Of a stretch of 64,000 bases of DNA, positions 55,878 through 64,000 are shown one piece after another. Where the stretch lies: contig JBBSKB010000002.1 of NCBI GenBank assembly GCA_038256725.1, positions 7,469 through 71,468 of the forward strand, in the 5' to 3' direction. Below the pieces are notes generated by a model. That model searched no databases. It was not told where the DNA came from and saw nothing but the letters and a program-made list of their open reading frames with translations. The DNA is from Mycobacteriales bacterium. GTDB lineage: Bacteria; Actinomycetota; Actinomycetes; Mycobacteriales; Geodermatophilaceae. How positions within the stretch are numbered: the first letter of the stretch is position 1; each line of letters begins with the position of its first letter. Made by a program: the position numbers and the translations under genes.

Positions 55878-56498
55878 TCAGACCGTCTCGGGCACGCGCA
55901 GGTGGGCGAGCACGAGGTCGAAGGTCGCCTCGTCGGTGACCTCGCCGGCGTTCTGCCGTCCCAGTTCCTGCAGCAGCGGGGCGAGCTGCGCGGTCGCCTG
56001 CTCGAGGGTGTCGTCGTCGGCGAAGGTGAGCGCGGTGGCGCTGCGGCCCTCCACCGGATCGGCGAGGACGCTCGCGCTGCAGAAGCCCGGTAGGTCGGAC
56101 AGCCGGGGCACGATGCTCTCGGCGTAGGCGTCCAGCGTCGGGTCCAGGCGGTCGGGATCGGTGCGGCACCAGGTCACCCGGGTGCGCGCGCCCTCGGGGG
56201 CGCTCCGCTCGCGGTGCAGCAGCGCGATCTGCCACTCCTCGAGCGCCTGCGGGCTCTGCAGGATGTCGGCGGTCCGGGCGCGGATGCCGCGCATCTCCGA
56301 GGCGCTGCGGTGCAGCGCGGCGAGGTCCTCGAAGGAGCTGGTGACGATGCACCGGCCGGAGTCGCGGTCGGCGAGCATCGAGATGCCGACGAAACCGTCC
56401 ATGCCCATCAGCGCGGGCATCGCCCGGTCGCGCAGGTAGGCGAGCGCCTCGTCGATCCGGTGCGGATCACCGTGGAAGGTGGTGGAGCGTGCGTACAT
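55878..56498 (-). CDS. Tandem ABM-like (dimeric alpha-beta barrel) protein
   Basis: MYARSTT; two repeats (..MDGFVGISML / ..LPGFCSASVL). Confidence 0.75.
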   Translation of the reverse strand: MYARSTTFHGDPHRIDEALAYLRDRAMPALMGMDGFVGISMLADRDSGRCIVTSSFEDLAALHRSASEMRGIRARTADILQSPQALEEWQIALLHRERSAPEGARTRVTWCRTDPDRLDPTLDAYAESIVPRLSDLPGFCSASVLADPVEGRSATALTFADDDTLEQATAQLAPLLQELGRQNAGEVTDEATFDLVLAHLRVPETV

Positions 56499-56600
56499 GC
56501 CGGTTCCCCCTCGGACACCGGCGGCCGCCCCCTCAGGCGTCCGCCGCCGAGACACACTGTGACGCAGGCCACCCCTGCGCGGCCAGTCGAGCGGTCGCGG

Positions 56601-57338
56601 TCAGACGGCCCGGATGTTGGCGACGGCGACGGCCATGCTGAACCCGATGGGGCCCTCGGCGTCGTGCATCGTGCAGTGCCCGACCGCGACGCCGGCGTCG
56701 CCGGTGTGGCCGCCGGCCTCCAGGCCGATGGAGTCGCCGACGGGGTCACGGCTCAAGGTGAGCGTGTAGTCGGCGTTGATGAACTCCAGCTCGCCGGTGC
56801 TGCGGTGCGCCAGCGGGCTGGCCAGGTCGGCGGCCAGGGTGGCCCGGGCGAAGGGGGAGAGGACCTCGCCCTCGACCAGCGGGCTCCGCTCCGTCACCCA
56901 CATCCGGCGGTGGGCAGGGTCCTCGCCGAACTCCTCGACCGAGCGGGGCAGGGTCGCCGGGTCGGGGGCGTTCCAGGCCGGTGTACGCGTCGGCACGGGG
57001 CCGGCCGGCTGCTCACCGCGGCGCAGTTGTACCGCGGTGGCCCGGGCGACCGTCCCGACGCCCGCGGTCACGGTCGCCTCGGTGACCCGGATGCGGCGCC
57101 CCTCGCGGACGACGACGCTGCTCACCTCGACCGGCTCGAAGGGCGCGTTGCGGAACATGTCGACGGTGAGCCGGCTGAACTGGAACTCCGGGTCGCCGTG
57201 GACGGCTTCGAGCTGCCGAGCCATCAGCCCGCCCAGCAGCCGGCCGTGGATCATGCCGGGCACCCACCAGCTCTTGGCGCTCTCCCCCGGGGCGAACCGG
57301 CCGTCGTCGGTCAGGGTGAAGTAGGCGGGCCGTGCCAC
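56601..57338 (-). CDS. Thioesterase family protein (double hot-dog), paralog B
   Basis: RLTVDMFR, VREGRRIRV, FINADYTLTLSR. Confidence 0.85.
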   Translation of the reverse strand: MARPAYFTLTDDGRFAPGESAKSWWVPGMIHGRLLGGLMARQLEAVHGDPEFQFSRLTVDMFRNAPFEPVEVSSVVVREGRRIRVTEATVTAGVGTVARATAVQLRRGEQPAGPVPTRTPAWNAPDPATLPRSVEEFGEDPAHRRMWVTERSPLVEGEVLSPFARATLAADLASPLAHRSTGELEFINADYTLTLSRDPVGDSIGLEAGGHTGDAGVAVGHCTMHDAEGPIGFSMAVAVANIRAV

Positions 57339-57339
57339 G

Positions 57340-58077
57340 TCACACCTTCCGGATGTTGGCGACGGCGGTGGACATGCTGAAGCCGATCGGCCCCTTCTGG
57401 TCGTGCACCGTGGCGTGGCCCACCGCGACGCCGTCCTCGCTGACGTGGCCGCCGGCCGAGAGCCCGATGTACTCACCGACCGGGTCGCGGCTGAGGGTGA
57501 GCGTGTAGTCGGCGTTGATGAACTCGAGCTCGGTCTGCCCGCGGTGGGCCACCGGGCTGCCCTCGTCGGCGGCCAGCGCGGCCCGGACGAAGGGCGTGAG
57601 CTCCTCGCCGGCCACCAGCGGCCGGTCCGCGTGGATCCACATGCCCCGGCGGGAGTGGTCGCCGTCCGGGACGAAGTCGAAGAAGGGGTCGGTGATCCCC
57701 GTCGGGTCGGGGGCGTCCCAGGCCGGTGTGCGGGTGGGCACGGGGCTGGGCGGCTGCTCACCACGGCGCAGTTGCACCCCGCTGGCCCGGGCGACGACGC
57801 CGATGCTGGTCAGCACCTTCGCCTCGGTGACGCGGATGCGGCGCCCCTCCCGGATGACCTCGGTGGTCAGCTCGATCGGCTCGAACGGGGCGTTGCGGAA
57901 CAGGTCGACGGTGAGCCGGCTGAACTGGAACTCGGGGGAGCCGAACGCGGTGTCGAGCGCGCGGGCCAGCAGGCCGCCGAGCAGGGGGCCGCTCAGCATG
58001 CCGGGGGTCCACCAGCTGCGGGCGTCCTCGGAGGGGACGAAGCGGTCAGCGGTCAGCGTGAAGAAGGCGGGCCGCAC
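57340..58077 (-). CDS. Thioesterase family protein (double hot-dog), paralog A
   Basis: RLTVDLFR, IREGRRIRV, FINADYTLTLSR; GAGGAG RBS. Confidence 0.85.
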   Translation of the reverse strand: MRPAFFTLTADRFVPSEDARSWWTPGMLSGPLLGGLLARALDTAFGSPEFQFSRLTVDLFRNAPFEPIELTTEVIREGRRIRVTEAKVLTSIGVVARASGVQLRRGEQPPSPVPTRTPAWDAPDPTGITDPFFDFVPDGDHSRRGMWIHADRPLVAGEELTPFVRAALAADEGSPVAHRGQTELEFINADYTLTLSRDPVGEYIGLSAGGHVSEDGVAVGHATVHDQKGPIGFSMSTAVANIRKV

Positions 58078-58197
58078 GAGCAGGGCTCCTCAGGGTGTTG
58101 CGAGGACCGGGTCGGGCCCTTCGGGAGACGGGATGGGTGCCCCGACCCTAGCGTCGTCCCGTTCCCGGCCGGTCGGCCTCCGGCGATCGTCCGCGGC

Positions 58198-59235
58198 TCA
58201 GCGGTGCGGGATCCCGCCGGGTCCGTGGCCCTCGGGCACCTGCTCGCCCTCGGCGACCGGGCCGGGCGGGGTGCCGTCGCCGAACGCGGAGCCGCCCAGT
58301 TCCTCGCGGCCGTGCGGGGTCAGCCAGACCGAGGTGTCCGGCCCGGCCGGGATGATCTGGGTCGGGTTGATGTCGGCGTGGACGACGTAGTAGTGCTCCT
58401 TGATCTGCGGGAAGTCCGTCGTGTCGCCGAACCCGGGGGTCTGGAAGAGGTCGCGCGCGTAGCCCCACAGCGCCCGGAACTCGGTCAGCTTCTGCCGGTT
58501 GCACTTGAAGTGGCCGTGGTAGACGGCGTCGAAGCGGGCCAGCGTGGTGAACAGCCGGACGTCGGCCTCGGTGATCGTGTCGCCCATGAGGAAGCGGCGG
58601 TCGGTGAGCCGCTCCTCCAGCCAGTCCAACGCGGTGAACAGCCGCTCGTAGGCGCTGTCGTAGGCGCGCTGCGAGCCGGAGAAGCCGCAGCGGTACACGC
58701 CGTTGTTGACCTCGGTGTAGATCCGCTGCATCACCTCGCCCATCTCGTCCCGCAGGTGCTCCGGGTAGAGGTCCGGTGCGCCGTCGCGGTGGAACTGCGT
58801 CCACTCGGTGGAGAAGTCGAGGGTGATCTGCGGGAAGTTGTTGGTGACGACGGCCTTGCTGGGGACGTCGACGACGGCCGGCACCGTGATGCCCTTCGGG
58901 TACTCGGGGTCGCGGGCGAAGTAGGCCTCCTGCAGCCGCTCGTAGCCCAGCACCGGGTCACGGCCGCCGGGGTCGAGGTCGAAGGTCCAGCTGCGCTCGT
59001 CATGCGTGGGCCCGCACAGGCCCATCGAGATCGCCTGCTCCAGGCCCAGCAGCCGGCGCACGATGATCGTGCGGTTGGCCCACGGGCAGGCGCGTGCGGC
59101 GATGAGCCGGTAGCGGCCCGCCTCGACCGGCCAGCCGTCCCGGGCGTCGGCCGTGATCCGGTCGGAGATGTACTTGTCGTCGCGCGTGTACTCCGGCTCG
59201 ATGTAGCCCGAACCGCTGGTGCTTTTGTCGCTCAC
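58198..59235 (-). CDS. Glutathionyl-hydroquinone reductase-like GST (YqjG/ECM4 family)
   Basis: ACPWANR, ITVP, VNNGVYRCGF, RFDAVYHGHFKCN, INPTQIIP. Confidence 0.9.
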   Translation of the reverse strand: MSDKSTSGSGYIEPEYTRDDKYISDRITADARDGWPVEAGRYRLIAARACPWANRTIIVRRLLGLEQAISMGLCGPTHDERSWTFDLDPGGRDPVLGYERLQEAYFARDPEYPKGITVPAVVDVPSKAVVTNNFPQITLDFSTEWTQFHRDGAPDLYPEHLRDEMGEVMQRIYTEVNNGVYRCGFSGSQRAYDSAYERLFTALDWLEERLTDRRFLMGDTITEADVRLFTTLARFDAVYHGHFKCNRQKLTEFRALWGYARDLFQTPGFGDTTDFPQIKEHYYVVHADINPTQIIPAGPDTSVWLTPHGREELGGSAFGDGTPPGPVAEGEQVPEGHGPGGIPHR

Positions 59236-59396
59236 CCCGCCAGCCTCGCCGATCTCGCGGTCCGCCGCAGCCTCGGACGCGCCGATCTGCTGCGTGTCCA
59301 CCGGTCGCCTCGACGGGGCCCAGCGTCGTGACACCGGGTTCGCGGTGAGGCCGTGCGACTGCGAGGGCAGACCGTCGCGCGTTCCCCACCGCATGC

Positions 59397-60566
59397 TCAG
59401 CGCAGTGTGACGTAGAAGAAGTCGCGCTGGTCTGCGGACAGGTAGCGATCGGCACGCACCGGCAGGTTCGGCAGGAGCCGCGTGGGTGTGGCGGTCCGGG
59501 CGGTCGGGCCGGGCCGCCACGAGGAGAAGGCCACCATGTGGGTGTGGATGTCCAGTTCCATGCCGCGCTGGACACCGGCCTGCACCATGGCAGCTGCCAG
59601 GGTGCGCAGTGTCAACCCGCTGCCTGCGACGTAGATCAGGTCGCCCCCCGAGTCCGTCCCGAGTCCCGAGCGCCAGGTGAACTGGAGCTGGTTGCGCGCG
59701 CTGCCCCAGCGTCCGTGGCCGTTGTCCGCGAGACCGGGCACCGGCCGGCCCTGGTCGATCACGAGTCCGAGGTTCTGCCGGACGGCGCGCACGTGCCGGT
59801 CCATGGTCAGATCGCGGCCCCATTCGCCGATGCGGACGCGACCCCGATCGTCGATGACCACGGATGCCTCGCCGTTCCTCAGCGGGTGGCCGGTGTGCCC
59901 GTCGAGGTAGAAGCCCCCGTCGATGTCCTTGGACTTCCATCCCGAGTTGAAGGTGGCCACGAGCGCCGGCACGTCCGCCGAGGGCAAGTGGCCGCCGCCC
60001 GTCCAGCCGGATCCGCCCGGCTGCTGCAGGCCCGGGACCAGGTGGGCGGAGGTGTCATCGGCCCGCATCCAGGCGACGCCGGCGACGACGCTGGGATGGG
60101 CTGGGTCGGGACGCTCGTACGTGGTGTAGATGGCGGGTGTGCCGTGGGCATCGACCCGTCCCGGTACCCAGCGCCCCTCCCCGGGCAGCGGTGCGCTGCC
60201 GGAAGCCGGCGGCGCGATCGGCGCCGGTACACCCACGGTGGGCGATGCCGCCGCGGCGGGCGCCCGGGGGACGGAGCCAGAGGCCGGGGCGCCGGTGGGC
60301 GGCGCCTGGCGGGCATACCACCAGTTCTCGATCTTGTTCACAGCCGGGGCGCCGCCGTGGTCGCGCATCCATTCCACCGACTGCACCTGCCAGCCGCCGC
60401 CCCCGGGAGCCGCGAGTGCCCGTCCGTAGGACGCGGCCGGGAACAGCATGGCCAGCAGGAGGACCAGGATGATCAGTCGCCGTCCGGGCGGCTTCCGGTG
60501 GGCCTCGGTCCGCGGGCCGGCGGCTCGACCCGAGGGGGGCCGCGCAGGAGCATCCACCGTGATCAT
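59397..60566 (-). CDS. Membrane-anchored phosphodiester glycosidase-family protein
   Basis: N-terminal TM; ATFNSGWK, VRQNLGL, WRSGLG, MELDI; GGAGG RBS. Confidence 0.7.
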   Translation of the reverse strand: MITVDAPARPPSGRAAGPRTEAHRKPPGRRLIILVLLLAMLFPAASYGRALAAPGGGGWQVQSVEWMRDHGGAPAVNKIENWWYARQAPPTGAPASGSVPRAPAAAASPTVGVPAPIAPPASGSAPLPGEGRWVPGRVDAHGTPAIYTTYERPDPAHPSVVAGVAWMRADDTSAHLVPGLQQPGGSGWTGGGHLPSADVPALVATFNSGWKSKDIDGGFYLDGHTGHPLRNGEASVVIDDRGRVRIGEWGRDLTMDRHVRAVRQNLGLVIDQGRPVPGLADNGHGRWGSARNQLQFTWRSGLGTDSGGDLIYVAGSGLTLRTLAAAMVQAGVQRGMELDIHTHMVAFSSWRPGPTARTATPTRLLPNLPVRADRYLSADQRDFFYVTLR

Positions 60567-60730
60567 CGGGCCCGCCTCCGCTCGCGAGCCGGCGCAGCGC
60601 CGCTCGTCTTCTCGTCGACGAGCGAACTGCCCGACGTGCTCCGCAGGCTCTTCACGCCGGCGAGGGTGAGCCCGGGTCGCCAAGAGGACGCTGAGAAGGT
60701 CCGGCGGGCGCTCAGGACGCGAGCACGGTC

Positions 60731-60763
60731 CTCAGCCGAGGCTCAGGAACGACCGGACAGACT
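60731..60763 (+). promoter_or_regulatory. OmpR-type direct repeat and -10 upstream of the response regulator
   Basis: CTCAG at 60731 and 60742 (11-bp period), CAGACT at 60758. Confidence 0.55.
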
Positions 60764-60785
60764 GGCCTGGACGGAGGTGGGCGCG

Positions 60786-61455
60786 GTGCGGGTGCTGCTG
60801 GTGGAGGACGAGGTCCGGCTGGCCGAGAACGTCCGGCGGGGCCTGGCAGCCGAAGGATTTGTCACGGACGTGGTCCACGACGGGGCCGAGGGGTTGCTCA
60901 ACGCCGAGATCAACACCTACGACGTCGTCGTCCTCGACATCATGCTGCCCGGCCTCAACGGCTACGAGGTGTGCCGGCGGATGCGAGCGGCGGGCATCTG
61001 GACCCCGGTGCTGATGCTGACGGCCAAGGACGGCGAGTACGACCAGGCCGACGCCTTCGACCTCGGTGCCGATGACTACCTGACCAAGCCGTTCTCCTTC
61101 CTGATCCTCGTCGCTCGACTCCGGGCACTGGTCCGACGGGGTGCGCCCGCGCGTCCCGCTGTGCTGGCCGCGGGCGACCTCACGCTGGATCCGTCGAGCC
61201 GCACCGTCCGGCGCGCGGAGACGGAGGTCGTCCTCACGCCCCGCGAGTTCGGCCTGCTGCACTTCCTGCTGCGCCACCGAGGTGACGTCGTGTCCAAGAC
61301 CGACATCCTCGAGTCGGTGTGGGATGCCAACTACGAGGGCGACGACAACGTCGTCGAGGTGTACGTCGGCTACCTGAGGCGCAAGATCGACCAGCCGTTC
61401 GGCAGGCATGCCATCGAGACGGTGCGGGGCATGGGCTACCGGTTGGCGGCCGGGG

Positions 61456-61463
<8 letters not shown>
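60786..61463 (+). CDS. OmpR-family response regulator
   Basis: LLVEDE, LDIMLPG, GADDYLTKPF, IETVRGMGYRL. Confidence 0.95.
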
Positions 61464-62889
<1,426 letters not shown>

Positions 62890-62932
62890 CCGCGGTTCCG
62901 GCTGCGCGGCGACGCCGATGGCGCCCCACGAC

Positions 62933-62966
62933 GTTCAGGTTCCGTTCAGCTCAGCCTGCCTACGGT
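62933..62966 (+). promoter_or_regulatory. OmpR-type direct repeat and -10 of a leaderless dedA promoter
   Basis: GTTCAG at 62933 and 62944, TACGGT at 62961. Confidence 0.65.
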
Positions 62967-62973
62967 GCGCGCT

Positions 62974-63573
62974 GTGACCGGCTTCCTCGATCCCTCCCAG
63001 CTGATCGACACCTTCGGTCTGGTCGGGATGATGGCCATCCTCTTCGCCGAGTGCGGTCTGCTGCTCGGCTTCTTCCTGCCCGGCGACTCGCTGCTGTTCA
63101 CCGGTGGACTGCTCGTCGCAGGTGGGCTCGTGGCACCGCTGTGGGTTCTGCTGGTGGCCCTCCCGCTCGCCGCCGTGGCGGGCAACCTGATGGGGTGGTG
63201 GATCGGCCGCGCGGCTGGTCCGGCCGTGTTCGACCGGCCCGACTCGCGGCTGTTCAAGGCGCGGCACGTCGAACGGGCACGGACCTTCTTCGAGCGCAAC
63301 GGCGCCCGCGCCGTCGTCATCGCTCGCTTCGTGCCCGTGGTCCGTACCTTCGTCACAGTCCTGGCCGGGGCGGTGCGCATGGACTTCCGCCGGTTTGCGC
63401 TGTACTCGCTGATCGGCGGGGTCGCGTGGACGGTCGGCGTCACGCTGCTGGGCTTCTGGCTCGGCCAGGTGGCGCTGGTCCGCGACCACGTGGAGTTGGT
63501 CGTCGTGGGAGTCGTCGTCCTGTCGTTCGTCCCGATCGCGAGGGAGGGTCTGCGGAGCCGTCGGGCCGCGTGA
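62974..63573 (+). CDS. DedA-family membrane protein
   Basis: FAECGLLLGFFLPGDSLL, ARFVPVVRTF. Confidence 0.92.
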   Translation: MTGFLDPSQLIDTFGLVGMMAILFAECGLLLGFFLPGDSLLFTGGLLVAGGLVAPLWVLLVALPLAAVAGNLMGWWIGRAAGPAVFDRPDSRLFKARHVERARTFFERNGARAVVIARFVPVVRTFVTVLAGAVRMDFRRFALYSLIGGVAWTVGVTLLGFWLGQVALVRDHVELVVVGVVVLSFVPIAREGLRSRRAA

Positions 63574-63640
63574 CGGCGCTGGACGCGGCCGGTCCCGAGG
63601 CCTCCAGCGTTCTGCCAGGAAAGTCGTGAAGGCTCGGCCC

Positions 63641-64000
63641 ATGAGTCGTCGACGCGCTGCCGGCATCGTCGGCCTGGTGGCGATCGTCGGTCTCGTCGGC
63701 TACCTGGTGGTCTCTCCTCCGCGGACGCTGACGGTCCTGCTCTCCGGGGACCGCCCGTCGGCGGTTGCCGGCCAGGTGGTCCCGGCGATCGACGGGGCAC
63801 CGGACGTCCGCATCGCGATAGCGGGGGACACCGGCACCGGCTCGTCGGTCGAGGAAGCCACCGCCCACTGCATGGCCGTGGAGGGCCGGCAGCGGCCCTA
63901 CGACGCGCTGCTGCTGCTCGGGGACCTCATCTACGAGGCCGGGGACGCCGCCCTGGCCGACTCGAGGGTGATCGAGCCGTTCGCGCCGGTCCTGGACGGC
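63641..64000 (+). CDS. Membrane-anchored metallophosphoesterase (purple acid phosphatase-like); 3' end outside window
   Basis: Hand translation MSRRRAAGIVGLVAIVG...AGDTGTG...LLGDLIY. Confidence 0.8.
   Translation, partial: MSRRRAAGIVGLVAIVGLVGYLVVSPPRTLTVLLSGDRPSAVAGQVVPAIDGAPDVRIAIAGDTGTGSSVEEATAHCMAVEGRQRPYDALLLLGDLIYEAGDAALADSRVIEPFAPVLDG

Noticed and set aside
59236-59396. Attachment site or tRNA at the left edge of the putative island
   Set aside because: No tRNA fold, integrase or direct repeat visible in this window

Overview
High-GC actinobacterial chromosome segment. Gene content and order suggest Geodermatophilaceae (Blastococcus/Modestobacter/Geodermatophilus-like), which is inference. 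It holds about 70 CDS and no rRNA, tRNA or CRISPR array. It opens with the conserved actinobacterial helicase-tad/Flp pilus-ssd-HAD block, then cobalamin late-step genes (cobC-like/cobS, cobT/cysG), glgC, def, a DUF222-HNH gene and an arsenic cluster (arsR-acr3-arsC with divergent arsI). Next come ndh, twin cupredoxin lipoproteins, a DEAD-box helicase, partner-switching stress genes (RsbW-like, STAS, RsbQ-RsbP), lipid enzymes and helD. It ends in a block with a phosphodiester glycosidase, an OmpR two-component system, DedA and an acid phosphatase. Signals missing from the ORF track: (i) identical TGTGGA-N13-TGTGGA pairs upstream of both tad transcription units; (ii) a hidden, frame-broken C4 zinc-finger microprotein behind a structured leader; (iii) PafBC-type DNA-damage promoters at an orphan PemK-like gene, a VOC gene and the HNH gene (which also has a LexA box); (iv) a three-promoter OmpR box regulon; (v) three gene remnants; (vi) REP-like and nested palindromes. 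I found no clear large novel system. The best candidates are small regulatory modules. Start codons were placed by eye, and family calls come from motif recognition, not database searches.
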